Shown: positions 31,366 to 41,585, numbered from the stretch's first letter. The stretch is 64,000 nt of DNA from Candidatus Dormiibacterota bacterium (GCA_963709585.1 CAVPXI010000005.1:32001-96000), one strand, 5' to 3'. The notes: generated by a model not told the origin, from the sequence alone. Translations and numbers: made by a program.

Positions 31366-33331
31366 TCGTCACGTAGGTGGCGATCGCCACGCCGGTCGCA
31401 GTCGTGGCGAGGATGTCGTAGCGGGTCGCTCCCGCGGGAACCGTGGCGTCGGCAACGAAGTGGCCGATGGGGTCGAGCCTCCGGCTCACCAGAATCGTCG
31501 GGGTGCCACCCGGAGGAGTCATGCCGATGGTCGTGGTCGCGATCTGAATCTCGCTCGTCTCGTTCGAGCTCGTGAAGAACGTGACGTGAAACTCGTCAGC
31601 GCCGGCCTTGTCGGGGTCGATGTACACCTGCGCGAGCCAGCCGCTCTGGAGCTGGATCGAGTACAGGGTCGGTAGCCCGCTGAAGCGTGCGGCGACGACG
31701 ATCGGCGCCGGGGTGATGGTGGTCAGCTGGAGATGGACCTCGGCGGAACGCTGGGCATTCTCGATGATCACCGCGACCTCCCAGATCCCGGCAATCGCGA
31801 GGTTGCCTCCACGCGCGGTGAAGGTCCCGTCGGATTGACGCTTGAGCGTCAACGTCAACTCGCCGAGTTGCGGCCGCAGCGGCTGCGTGAACTCGAGCTC
31901 CACCGAGCCCGCGTGAACAGGTGCACCTGTGTCGTAGTCGGTCACGCGCAAAGCGAAGTTGTTGAACCCGGCGGCCCCAGGTGACACGACGAGGCGCACC
32001 TTGACGGTGGTGGCGAAATCGCTGCCGCTGATAACGAGTTGGCTCGATTGCGCTGTTGCCGCCACAGCGGTGGACGCGACCGGCGGTGCAACATTCACGA
32101 GTGTCGCGGCGACGAGCACAACCGCCGCGCCGATCACGACCTCCGTCGATCCGACCCGACGCAGTCCGCGCAGCACGGTCGACGAGTGGGGTACGTTGCC
32201 GAAGCGATTGATCGCGCCGAGGCCGGCCAGTACAAGAAACAGCGCCACCTTCACCAACACCAGGACCCCGAAGGCGGTGCCGAACAGCTGGCCGATCGAT
32301 CCGATTTCGATGACGGCGCGGAACGTGCCGGTCAGCGCGACGATCACGATGGCGATGCCTGCGATCGTTGAGAAACGGCGGACCCCCCGACCTTTGACGC
32401 CCGACGGTTGGCCCCGTACAGCGAGGAGGAGGGTCAACAGCCCGCCAATCCAGGCCCCGCCCACCAGGGTGTGGGCCCACTGCGCAACGAGGTTGATCGC
32501 CACCGGCGTCTGCGCTCCCGCGTGGCTCGCAGCGACATCCACCCACATCGAGGTCGCTGCGCCGAGGCCCGCCAGGGCGAGAGCGGCACGCGATGCGACC
32601 GAAGGTGCAATCGACATGACGGCGACAGCCATGCCGGTTACCGCGATGGCCGCGACGCGCTCGACAGCGATCATCCCGAGCGACGTCGAGAACAGGGAGC
32701 CGAAGCTCACGCCCGCAGCCTCGCGTTGCGCTTCGACGATGCCGGCGACCCCGAGTGCGCCTGCCAGCCACAATGCGCCGAGCGTTGAGGTGGCGAACTT
32801 CGGGATGTCTCGCAGCGCAATCAGGCATGTCGATGCTACGCCCACGATCCCCATCACGCCGATGAAGAAGAGCCATCGCGCGACGACCGCCAGCACAGAC
32901 GGCGGCGGCGAAACAACCGACTTGCTGGCGCGCGTGTTGGCGCTCGCGGCGGACTCGCCAACACCAAACGCGTATGCGCCGGTGGCGAGGTGACCATCAG
33001 TCTCAGACACAGTTTTCCATGTCACCGTGTACACACCGTTGCCGATCGGCCTGAGGGGGACCTCGAGCTCCAGCGGGTGACCCGGGACGACGACCGTCGG
33101 GCCGGCGTCGACGCTCACCCCTGAGCTGTTGATCACGGTGATGCTGGAAAGCTTCGGGTCTGGCGTTTCACCGAACGTGATCTCCACAACTTTCGGTGCG
33201 GTCTGGACCTCGGCGCCCTCGGGCGGAATCGCGCTCTGCGGCAGCGCATGAGCGGCCGCGGTCAGGGGCAGCGCAAGAGCTGCCCCGACCGCCATCGTCG
33301 CGGCGACGATGAACGACCGCCGTGCCCGCAT
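31349..33331 (-). CDS. CopC-CopD fusion with C-terminal YtkA/FixH-like Ig domains
   Basis: Signal peptide then H-A-L, YTVTWKTVS..DGH; CopD TMs with SHA, H...WIGG, RFS; C-terminal beta domains (G.WEV.V). Confidence 0.87.
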   Translation of the reverse strand: MRARRSFIVAATMAVGAALALPLTAAAHALPQSAIPPEGAEVQTAPKVVEITFGETPDPKLSSITVINSSGVSVDAGPTVVVPGHPLELEVPLRPIGNGVYTVTWKTVSETDGHLATGAYAFGVGESAASANTRASKSVVSPPPSVLAVVARWLFFIGVMGIVGVASTCLIALRDIPKFATSTLGALWLAGALGVAGIVEAQREAAGVSFGSLFSTSLGMIAVERVAAIAVTGMAVAVMSIAPSVASRAALALAGLGAATSMWVDVAASHAGAQTPVAINLVAQWAHTLVGGAWIGGLLTLLLAVRGQPSGVKGRGVRRFSTIAGIAIVIVALTGTFRAVIEIGSIGQLFGTAFGVLVLVKVALFLVLAGLGAINRFGNVPHSSTVLRGLRRVGSTEVVIGAAVVLVAATLVNVAPPVASTAVAATAQSSQLVISGSDFATTVKVRLVVSPGAAGFNNFALRVTDYDTGAPVHAGSVELEFTQPLRPQLGELTLTLKRQSDGTFTARGGNLAIAGIWEVAVIIENAQRSAEVHLQLTTITPAPIVVAARFSGLPTLYSIQLQSGWLAQVYIDPDKAGADEFHVTFFTSSNETSEIQIATTTIGMTPPGGTPTILVSRRLDPIGHFVADATVPAGATRYDILATTATGVAIATYVTITPGS

Positions 33332-33333
33332 CG

Positions 33334-34062
33334 CTACGGGCTCCTGCGGCGCAACCCTATCGCCAGATTGAGTGCGCTGAGGAGCACCGCCACGATGATC
33401 GCGATGATCGCGAGTGTTGTTGCCCCTGAGGCGCTCGTCTTCGCGTCGCCGGCCGTTGTTGACGCGGACTGTGCGCTCACCAGCGCACTCGCCGCGCGCT
33501 GGCTTACGGCGCTGACCTTGGTTGCAACGGCCGCGGCTGCCGGTATGACCACCGGGAACTGGACAGCGCTCGAATCCGCGATGGAGTCGAACGTCGTCGG
33601 GCCGGACGAAATTGTCTGGTTGACTGGGACGCCGTTGATGGTGCCGAAGACGCGAAAGGTGTACGTCCCGACCACGGTCGGGATGAGCGCGTAGTCGTAT
33701 TCGTCGCGCCTGCCGTTACCGGTATCAGAATCGTAGAGGGGCACCGGGCAGAACGGGCTACTCGTCGTGCTCCCCACCGTCACCGTGACCTGGAGATCGG
33801 GATGCGTGCAATCCTGGTTGAGCGTGCTGACGGGGGTCCCGATTGGGTTAGTGGCCGACGGGATGTCGACGAATACCTGGATCGCGTTTGGGGCGCCGAC
33901 GTAGGTGTCGGTGCCGCCGGCAGGCTCGAATTGCCATCCGATTGCAATCCGGTACTTCCCCGCCGTGAAGACGTAGTGCGCCGATGCGACTGCGAACGAT
34001 GTTGCCAGTGCGAGCAGCGCCGCGGCGACAACCGCGAGCGCTCGGAGGCTGGTTTTCCCCAC
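33334..34062 (-). CDS. Exported protein with predicted mature N-terminal His and C-terminal TM anchor
   Basis: AVASA^HYVF, IGWQFEP, IPTVVGTYTF; AGGAGA RBS; in an operon with copCD. Confidence 0.75.
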   Translation of the reverse strand: MGKTSLRALAVVAAALLALATSFAVASAHYVFTAGKYRIAIGWQFEPAGGTDTYVGAPNAIQVFVDIPSATNPIGTPVSTLNQDCTHPDLQVTVTVGSTTSSPFCPVPLYDSDTGNGRRDEYDYALIPTVVGTYTFRVFGTINGVPVNQTISSGPTTFDSIADSSAVQFPVVIPAAAAVATKVSAVSQRAASALVSAQSASTTAGDAKTSASGATTLAIIAIIVAVLLSALNLAIGLRRRSP

Positions 34063-34118
34063 GTGATATCTCCTCGTTGGTGAACGATCGAAGGTGAGCC
34101 GAAGCTCACGGACGTCGG

Positions 34119-34823
34119 TCAGATGCCGAGGAGCAGCGGCGGCGGCCTTCGCCAGAGATGCCGTCCCAGCCGGTCGAGTGGGGTGACGGCGAGAGCACGT
34201 GGACGGGGAACGACGACGGGTGCGCTCCGCCGGCGCCTGACGATGGCGCGCAGGAGTGCCTCCACCCGCTCGACGGCGACCTCGCGGCGGTGGAACAAAA
34301 CCTGGCAGATGCGGACCACGCAGGCGAGCAGCAGCGACACGTAGAGGTGGACGAGTGGGGCGGCCCAGTGGATCCCGCTGATCGCGCCCAATCCTGGCGC
34401 CGGCTGGGAGCGCGCCACCGCCTCCACGTTCTCCTGGACGAGGTACAGGGCGATCTGGGCGGCCGCGAGCGGCAGCCAGATGGCCGCCAGGCGAGTTCCC
34501 GGCGTCGATCGGGGCGAGCGCGCCCCGGCCCCGCTATCGGCTCGTCCGCGCCAGATGCGGCGCACGCCCGCCGCGGCGCGGTCGAGTCGGTCGTTCAGCG
34601 CCTGCCACGCTCGCGCCAGGCGGAACGCGAAGACGGCGCCGAGCACCACAAGGGCGCCGGCCACCGGGAGCATGTAGGCGTGGACCGGGTTGGTTATGGA
34701 CTCGACGATGCCGGCCAGCCCCCAGACCCGGAGGTACTCGACCGTGTGGCCGATGAACAGTCCAACCAGCGCGAGGAGCACGCCGCCTGATGCGGCAACC
34801 CTCGTCTGCCGATGTGCGATCAC
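34119..34823 (-). CDS. Membrane protein with His/Glu motifs heading the copper operon
   Basis: GHTVEY, VHAYM, QENVE, IHW in TM context; C-terminal RPPP. Confidence 0.65.
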   Translation of the reverse strand: MIAHRQTRVAASGGVLLALVGLFIGHTVEYLRVWGLAGIVESITNPVHAYMLPVAGALVVLGAVFAFRLARAWQALNDRLDRAAAGVRRIWRGRADSGAGARSPRSTPGTRLAAIWLPLAAAQIALYLVQENVEAVARSQPAPGLGAISGIHWAAPLVHLYVSLLLACVVRICQVLFHRREVAVERVEALLRAIVRRRRSAPVVVPRPRALAVTPLDRLGRHLWRRPPPLLLGI

Positions 34824-34950
34824 GCCGGGAGCATACGCTCGCCCAGGCGGGTCAAGCGAGCCATAATTGGCGCCGCGCCCGGCCGGCCGATGGTCGCCGG
34901 CGTGCGCGAATCTGCCGTCAAGCACCCGTTGCCGAGAGCGAGGATTGCGG

Positions 34951-35607
34951 ATGAAACCCTCGGGGAGCCTCGGAGCCCTCACTCGATCCAAGCGCGGGCA
35001 GGCGCTGATCGTTTCCCTCGCACTTGCGGGTGGGCTTGGCATCGGGGCGCTGATGTCCATGACGGTGCACCCGCGCGCCGCGACCACGAGTGCCCCATTG
35101 GAGATCACGCCCTCTGCGAACATCATCGGCTCGCCACTGACACGCCAGCCGACGCCTCCGCTGACGGGGCTCGTCGACCAGAACGGCCAGCCAGTTTCAC
35201 TGGCAGACGAGAAGGGCCACGTCGTGCTCGTGGCATTCATGGACCCGCTGTGCGTCAACCTCTGCCCGCTCCTCGGTCGTGACATCGTCGCCGTGGAGCA
35301 GGCACTGCCCAAGGGGATGAATCCAGTTCTGCTCATCGTCAGCGTCGTCGCCGACCGCACGTCGGCGGACGTGGCGCAGTTCATCCGCACGAACCTCACA
35401 ACCAAGTGGGATCCCGGCTGGCACTGGCTGCTCGGACCCGACGCCGAGCTGAAGATCACCTGGTTGAAATGGGGTGAGCCGATCGAACCGCCGCACACCA
35501 ATTACCTCGAGGTCATCGACCCACAGGGGTACGTCCGCGTGATCTACCCAGCGCCGCTCTTTGTGAGCGATGTCGTGCACGCGATCACGGTGGTAGCGCA
35601 CGAATAG
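34951..35607 (+). CDS. SCO1/SenC family copper chaperone
   Basis: N-terminal TM, LVDQNG, CVNLCP (CxxxC), WHWLLG, distal HT..L.VIDPQG. Confidence 0.85.
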   Translation: MKPSGSLGALTRSKRGQALIVSLALAGGLGIGALMSMTVHPRAATTSAPLEITPSANIIGSPLTRQPTPPLTGLVDQNGQPVSLADEKGHVVLVAFMDPLCVNLCPLLGRDIVAVEQALPKGMNPVLLIVSVVADRTSADVAQFIRTNLTTKWDPGWHWLLGPDAELKITWLKWGEPIEPPHTNYLEVIDPQGYVRVIYPAPLFVSDVVHAITVVAHE

Positions 35608-35617
35608 CCGCTGAGGC

Positions 35618-35669
35618 AAGCCGCAACAGCGAGGCACAGTTGAGAGGAAGGCCGCTTTTGCGCTAAGGT
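35618..35669 (+). promoter_or_regulatory. Putative sigma-70 promoter and operator of the mod operon
   Basis: TTGAGA (35640-45), 18-bp spacer, TAAGGT (35664-69); two GCCGC-N4-GCG boxes 31 bp apart. Confidence 0.45.
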
Positions 35670-35677
35670 CGCGGCCT

Positions 35678-36097
35678 ATGCCGACGTACAAGATGGGTCA
35701 GGCCGCCGATCTCCTCGGCGTGAGCGTCGATACGGTTCGTCGCTGGGCCGACGCCGGACGCATCGATACGGTGCGCACCGAGGGCGGCCACCGGCTGGTC
35801 GACGGCGTCGCTCTGGCGAGGTTTGCCGTCAAGCTCGCCAGCAATCACCCGGCCGTGCCCGTGACCGAATCGGCGCGCAATCACTTCCTCGGGCTGGTCA
35901 CCGACGTTGCCACCGACGGCGTGATGGCGCACGTCAAGCTTCAGGCGGGGCCGTTCCGGGTCAGCTCATTGATCAGCAGCGAGGCGGTCGCCGAGCTCGG
36001 CCTCGAGCCCGGAATGCTCGCCGTCGCTTCCGTCAAAGCCACCAACGTGGTGATCGAGCTGCCTCCACCCGCAGAGCCACAACCGAGGAAGACGTGA
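35678..36097 (+). CDS. MerR/excisionase-HTH plus TOBE molybdate-responsive regulator
   Basis: AADLLGVSVDTVRRWAD; SARN and VKATNV TOBE motifs. Confidence 0.9.
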   Translation: MPTYKMGQAADLLGVSVDTVRRWADAGRIDTVRTEGGHRLVDGVALARFAVKLASNHPAVPVTESARNHFLGLVTDVATDGVMAHVKLQAGPFRVSSLISSEAVAELGLEPGMLAVASVKATNVVIELPPPAEPQPRKT

Positions 36098-36876
36098 AGC
36101 TCAGAAGTCGCACGATCCTGCTTTCTGGCACCGCGGTAATCGCGCTTGCGGCGTGCGGCTCGAGTCCATCCAGCGGTCCGTCAGCCTCGCCCGATCCACT
36201 CAGCGGGTCGATCACCGTGTTCGCCGCGTCCTCACTGACCTCCACGTTCAACACGGCGGAGAAGGGTCTAGAACTCGATCATCCCGGCTTCGCGGCTCAG
36301 TATTCCTACGGCAGCTCGCAGACGCTGGTCACCCAGATCATCAACGGCGCGCCGGCCGACGTCATCGCGACAGCGAACACCACCACGATGCAGCAACTTG
36401 TCGCCAAGGGACTGGTCAACACCCCGCAGGCCTTCTGCAAGAACAAGCTCGAAATCATCGTCGCGCCAGGAAACCCAAAGAACATCAAGACCCTCGCCGA
36501 CCTCGCCACTCCAGGTCTCGCCGTCGTCCTCGCCGCGGCCGGCGTTCCTGTGGGCGACTATGCGGCCAAGGCCCTGAAGGCAGCGCACATCACGCTCACG
36601 CCGAAGTCACTCCAGCTCGACGACGCAGTCGTGGTCGAACAGGTCGAATCCGGTAATGCCGACGCGGGCCTGGTCTTCGTGACCGACGTCGTCAGCGCGG
36701 GCAGCAAGGTCACCGGCGTCCCGATACCCGATGCGCAGAACGTGATCGGCACGTATGAGATCGCCGCGCTGAAGGCGAGCACGAACGTGGCGGCAGCCGA
36801 GGCGTTTGCGACCTCGGCGGTGTCGGGCGACGTGCAGACCCAGCTGCTGGCTGACGGGTTCTTGAAGGCCTCATGA
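36094..36876 (+). CDS. modA: Molybdate ABC transporter substrate-binding lipoprotein
   Basis: LAAC lipobox, VFAASSL, GSS..L..QI..GAPADV, VPVG.YA, ADAGLVF.TD. Confidence 0.93.
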   Translation: MKLRSRTILLSGTAVIALAACGSSPSSGPSASPDPLSGSITVFAASSLTSTFNTAEKGLELDHPGFAAQYSYGSSQTLVTQIINGAPADVIATANTTTMQQLVAKGLVNTPQAFCKNKLEIIVAPGNPKNIKTLADLATPGLAVVLAAAGVPVGDYAAKALKAAHITLTPKSLQLDDAVVVEQVESGNADAGLVFVTDVVSAGSKVTGVPIPDAQNVIGTYEIAALKASTNVAAAEAFATSAVSGDVQTQLLADGFLKAS

Positions 36877-37673
36877 CCCGGGGCGTCACGCGACGCCCCC
36901 TTGTCGGTCTCCTGATCCCGGCCGCGGTGGCGGTGCTGTTCATCGCGCTGCCGCTGATCGGACTGCTCGTCCACGTCGACTGGAGCAACCTCCCGTCGCA
37001 GCTGGTGTCAGCCGATGTGCTCACCGCCCTCCGGCTCTCCCTCGAGTGCTCGATCATCGCGGTGGCGATCTCGCTGGTGATCGGTGTCCCGCTGGCGTAT
37101 CTGCTGGCGCGCACATCGATTCCGGGACGCCGGTTGCTCCGCGGGCTGGTGACCCTGCCACTCGTGCTGCCACCAGTGGTCGGCGGGATCGCATTGCAGA
37201 CGGCCCTCGGCCGGACCACGCCCGTCGGGACGGTGCTGGACCACTTCGGGATCGTGCTTCCGTTCAGCACCGCTGGGGCGGCGATCGCCGAGGCGTTCGT
37301 CGGCTTTCCCTTCCTGGTGATCACCGTCGAGGCCGGGCTCCGGCAGCGCGACGACAGCTTCGAGGAGGTCGCCGCGACCCTCGGTGCCCGGCCATGGCGG
37401 CGGTTCTGGCGGGTGACCATGCCTCTGGCAGCGCCGTCGATCGCCGCCGGTGCCGCACTCTGCTGGGCCCGGGCATTGGGCGAGTTCGGTGCCACGATCA
37501 CGTTCGCGGGGAGTTTTCCGGGAACCACCGAAACGCTCCCGATCGCCGCCTACAGCTCGTTCGAAGGGTCGGGACAGATCGGCATGGCGATCACGCTGTC
37601 CCTCCTGCTGCTCGCGATCTCGGTCCTGGTGCTGGTTGTGCTGCGTGACCGCTGGCTCGGTGCCCTGCGGTGA
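36873..37673 (+). CDS. modB: Molybdate ABC transporter permease
   Basis: LPLVLPPVVGG, ARALGEFGATITFAG. Confidence 0.93.
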   Translation: MTRGVTRRPLVGLLIPAAVAVLFIALPLIGLLVHVDWSNLPSQLVSADVLTALRLSLECSIIAVAISLVIGVPLAYLLARTSIPGRRLLRGLVTLPLVLPPVVGGIALQTALGRTTPVGTVLDHFGIVLPFSTAGAAIAEAFVGFPFLVITVEAGLRQRDDSFEEVAATLGARPWRRFWRVTMPLAAPSIAAGAALCWARALGEFGATITFAGSFPGTTETLPIAAYSSFEGSGQIGMAITLSLLLLAISVLVLVVLRDRWLGALR

Positions 37674-38723
37674 CCCTTCACGCGCGAAGTCCGCACCCAG
37701 CTTGGAACGCTCGGTCTCGATTGCGATCTCTCGGTCGACGCCGGGGTCACGGTCGCGGTGCTCGGACCAAACGGTGCCGGCAAGACGACCCTGCTCCGGG
37801 TGATCGCGGGGCTGGTGCCGGTCGACGAAGGACGGGTCGAGTGTGACGGAGCCGTGTTCGAGGACACCGCCACCGGCGCGTGGCTGACGCCTGAAGCGCG
37901 CCGGGTCGGATTCGTGTTCCAGGACCATGGACTGTTCCCGCACATCAGCGTGCTCGACAATGTCGCCTTCGGTCTGCGTGCCCGCGGCGTCGATCGGAAG
38001 ACGGCAAACGCGAAGGCGCACGAGTGGCTCGCGCGGGTGGAGCTCGCGACATACGCGACGAGCCGCCCGTCGGTGCTGAGCGGCGGCCAGTCGCAGCGGG
38101 CGGCGCTGGCGCGCGTCCTGGTCACCGAACCCCAGGCACTGCTGCTCGACGAACCGCTTGCCGCCGTCGACGCCTCGGGACGCCTCGAGCTTCGCCGCGC
38201 GCTTCGCGAGCACCTCTCCTCATTCGCCGGTGTGCGTCTGATCGTGACCCACGATCCGCTCGAGGCGGCGTCGCTCGCCGAGCGCGTCGTCGTCCTCGAG
38301 GATGGTCGCGTCACCCAGGAGGGAACGTTCGGCGAGGTGTCGGCGCGTCCGCAATCGGCATGGATCGCCCGGATGGCAGGGCTGAACCTGCTCCGCGGCG
38401 CAGTGTCGGACGGCACGATCCTCCTCGATGACGGTTCCCGTCTCACCGTGGCCATCGACATCCGGGGCCCCGCGCTGGCAACCATCCACCCTCGTGCCGT
38501 GGCCCTGTACCGCCAGGCCCCGGAGGGCAGCCCGCGCAACGTCCTGCGCTGCAAGGTCGCCGGGGTCGACCCGGAAGGTGACCGCTGGCGGATCCGCCTC
38601 GACGGCCCTTTCCCTCTCGTCGCTGAAGTGACTCCGGGGGCGGCCGCGGATCTGCGCCTCGCTGAGGGAGGCGAGGTGTTCGCGGTGGTCAAGGCAACCG
38701 AGATCGACGTCTATTCCCTGTGA
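37670..38723 (+). CDS. modC: Molybdate ABC transporter ATPase with TOBE domain (apparent +1 frameshift at ~37688)
   Basis: GPNGAGKT, LFPH, LSGGQ, LLDEP, SPRN, VKATE; the coupled GTG 37670 comes in frame when one A of GAAGTC is removed. Confidence 0.9.
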
Positions 38724-38783
38724 GCCTACGCGTGAGCTCGTCGCGGCTTGACCGCACTGCCGCGAACTCGTCACCCTGGGTGC

Positions 38784-39677
38784 ATGAGCGGACCGGCCGA
38801 TGCCGCGCAGCCGGCTTCGGTCGACGCGATCGTCGACCTGCTGGCGGCGAACGATTACCTGTGCGACCGGCGGCTGGCGACGGCAATCCTCGTGGCGATG
38901 CGCATCAACAAACCGCTCTTCCTCGAAGGCGAAGCCGGGGTGGGCAAGACCGAGGCGGCGCGGGCGCTGGCCGCCGGTCTCGGGGCCCGCCTGATCCGTC
39001 TGCAGTGCTACGAGGGCATCGACCTCGCCCACGCCGCGTACGAGTGGAACTACGCGCGCCAGTTGCTCCATATCCGGCTGGTCGGCGAGCGCGAGGATCG
39101 CGCCCGCGCCGAGCAGGACGTGTTCGGGCCGGAGTTCCTGCTCCGGCGTCCGCTGCTCGACGCCATCGACAACCACGACGCAGTCGCGCCGGTGCTGCTC
39201 ATCGACGAGATCGACAGGTCGGATGAGGAGTTCGAGGCCTTCCTCCTCGAGATCCTCGCCGACTTCGCGATCAGCATTCCCGAGCTGGGGACCATCCGCG
39301 CGGCGCATCCACCGCTGGTGATCCTCACCGGGAATCGCACACGCGAGGTCCACGACGCGCTCAAGCGACGCTGCCTGTACCACTGGATCGACTACCCGGA
39401 CCTCGAGCGTGAGGTTGCCATCGTGCGCGTCCGCGCACCCGAGGTCTCTGAACGGCTCGGCCGTCAGGTTGCGGAGGTCACCCAGCGACTGCGGGGACTC
39501 GATCTCTACAAAGTGCCAGGAGTGGCAGAAACGGTTGACTGGGCGCGCGCGCTCGCCGCTCTGGGGCACACCGATGCGACGCCCGCCGCGCTCCGGGAGA
39601 CCATGGGTGCGGCGATCAAGCACCAGGAGGACGTCGAGCGCAGCGAGGAGGCGATCGCGGAGCACGCGGGGCTGTGA
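38784..39677 (+). CDS. coxD: MoxR-type AAA+ ATPase CoxD
   Basis: EGEAGVGKT, RLQCYEG, YEWNY.RQ, LIDEIDR.DEEFEAFLLE, HDALKRRC. Confidence 0.88.
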   Translation: MSGPADAAQPASVDAIVDLLAANDYLCDRRLATAILVAMRINKPLFLEGEAGVGKTEAARALAAGLGARLIRLQCYEGIDLAHAAYEWNYARQLLHIRLVGEREDRARAEQDVFGPEFLLRRPLLDAIDNHDAVAPVLLIDEIDRSDEEFEAFLLEILADFAISIPELGTIRAAHPPLVILTGNRTREVHDALKRRCLYHWIDYPDLEREVAIVRVRAPEVSERLGRQVAEVTQRLRGLDLYKVPGVAETVDWARALAALGHTDATPAALRETMGAAIKHQEDVERSEEAIAEHAGL

Positions 39678-40885
39678 TCGGTCACGCTCCGGATCCAGTC
39701 GAGAGCGTGACGCTCTTCGCGCGTCTGCTCCGCGACGCGGGCCTCACCACCGGTCCGCAGCGCGTCCGCGACGCGTGCGAGGCCCTGCTCGCGATCGATC
39801 TGGAGCGGCCGGACGAGGTCCGCTATGCGCTGCGCGTGGTGTTCGTGACCCGGCGCGAGGAGGGTCCCGTGTTCGACGCGGCGTTCGATCTCTTCTTCTC
39901 CCGGCCGGGCGGCGAAGGCAAGGCCGGCTCCATCCCCGGACGCAGCCGCCCGCTGGCGCTGGATCCCAAACAGGCACTCGCCTGGATGAACGCCCTCGGT
40001 CTGTCGTCGCCCAGCGTTGCCCGTGAGATCGAGGGACCGCCGGCCTCGAGCACCGGGTACAGCGCCGAGGAGTTGCTCCGCCGGCGCGACTTTCGCGAGA
40101 TGAGCTGGGACGAGCTCGCGGCAGTGCGCCGGCTGCTCCGCCAGTCGCCGTGGCGAGTCGCGGAGCGACGGACCCGGCGCCTGCGCGCCGATCGTCGCGG
40201 CACCGTGGAGCTCCGCCGCACCATGCGAGCCGCGGCGCGCCAGGGAGGCGACGCGCATCGCCTCGCCCGCGCGAGCGCGCGGACCAAGCGCCGGCCGATC
40301 GTGATCCTCTGCGACGTCAGCGGTTCGATGGATCGGTACTCGCGTCACCTGCTCGTCTTCGCGCACGCGATCGGCAGGCGCGAGCGCGTCGAGACTTTCG
40401 CGTTTTCGACACATCTGACCAGAATCACGCATCTGCTCCGTCACGGCGACATCAACTCGGCGCTCGATCACGTCGCGAGCCAGGTGCACGACATTGGCGG
40501 CGGGACGCGCATCGCCGACGCCCTGCACACCTTCCAACGCGACCATGCGCGCCGCGTGCTCGGCCACGGCGCGGTGGTCCTGATCATCAGCGACGGCTGG
40601 GATCGGGGTGACCCCGATCAGCTCGGTCGCGAGATGGCCCGTCTCCGCCGCAGCTGCCACCGGCTGATCTGGCTCAACCCGCTGCTGGGCAGCTCGGCAT
40701 ACCTGCCCGAGACGCGTGGGATGGCGGCGGCGCTCCCCCACTGCGACGACTTCCTGAGCGCGCACAGCGTCGAAGCGCTCGACGCACTCGGAAAGTTGCT
40801 TGCTCAGCTCCCGCGACGCGTCAGCCGTTCGCCTCGCGGCGCCGGCGACGGGCTCGCCGGGCGCGACGGAACAGGAGCAGGCTGA
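39674..40885 (+). CDS. coxE: VWA-domain CoxE-like protein
   Basis: CDVSGSM MIDAS, FSTHLTRIT, GGTRIA, ISDGWDRG, WLNPL. Confidence 0.88.
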   Translation: MIGHAPDPVESVTLFARLLRDAGLTTGPQRVRDACEALLAIDLERPDEVRYALRVVFVTRREEGPVFDAAFDLFFSRPGGEGKAGSIPGRSRPLALDPKQALAWMNALGLSSPSVAREIEGPPASSTGYSAEELLRRRDFREMSWDELAAVRRLLRQSPWRVAERRTRRLRADRRGTVELRRTMRAAARQGGDAHRLARASARTKRRPIVILCDVSGSMDRYSRHLLVFAHAIGRRERVETFAFSTHLTRITHLLRHGDINSALDHVASQVHDIGGGTRIADALHTFQRDHARRVLGHGAVVLIISDGWDRGDPDQLGREMARLRRSCHRLIWLNPLLGSSAYLPETRGMAAALPHCDDFLSAHSVEALDALGKLLAQLPRRVSRSPRGAGDGLAGRDGTGAG

Positions 40886-41585
40886 CCAATCCCGCGAACG
40901 CCATCGCGATCGTCTGAGGCCGCACCTTGATCCGGCTGATGCGCTCCTTGGCCACGGCGCGGCCGAGCGCCAACGCGTCGATCGCGGCGGGTGCGGATGC
41001 GGCCGGCGGCGGGGTGAATCCGGAACTGGATGCGGCCGGCGAGCGGGTGGGTCCGGCGGCGGAGGCGGACGACGAGGCGCTCGATCCCGCGCTCGATCCC
41101 GCCCCGGAGTCAGTGGCGGCCGGCGCCGCGCCGGGTGCCGGCGCCTCGAGCTTCGACTGGATGCACTCGGCAGCCTGTCCAACCAGGTGACGTGAGACGT
41201 CCTCCATGATGCCGCGTCCGAATTGAGCGACCCGCCCGACGACGGTGAAGTCGGTGGTCAGCGTCACCTTCGAGCTCTCGCCGTCGGCGGCGACCGCCAT
41301 GATCGTCGTGGCCTGGGCGGTGCCGGAGCCGGTGGTTTCGCGCCCTTCCGCCTCGAGGGTCGCCGTGCGCGTCGCGGAGTCGCGCGAGGTGATCCGGGCG
41401 GTGCCGTTGTAGTTCACCGTCACCGGTCCGACCTTGATCTTGACCTTGCCCTTGAAGGTGTTGGTGTCGACCACCTCGGAGAGCTCGGCGCCGGGAACGC
41501 AGCTCACGACGTTGTTGACGTCGAGCAGAAACTCGTACACGCGATCGGGCGCCGCCTTGACGGCGAAGGAGTTCTCGATTTGCAT
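40821..41585 (-). CDS. coxG: CoxG (SRPBCC) with Ala/Ser linker and C-terminal TM
   Basis: CVPGAEL, KVGPV, GRVAQFGRG. Confidence 0.88.
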   Translation of the reverse strand: MQIENSFAVKAAPDRVYEFLLDVNNVVSCVPGAELSEVVDTNTFKGKVKIKVGPVTVNYNGTARITSRDSATRTATLEAEGRETTGSGTAQATTIMAVAADGESSKVTLTTDFTVVGRVAQFGRGIMEDVSRHLVGQAAECIQSKLEAPAPGAAPAATDSGAGSSAGSSASSSASAAGPTRSPAASSSGFTPPPAASAPAAIDALALGRAVAKERISRIKVRPQTIAMAFAGLVSLLLFRRARRARRRRREANG

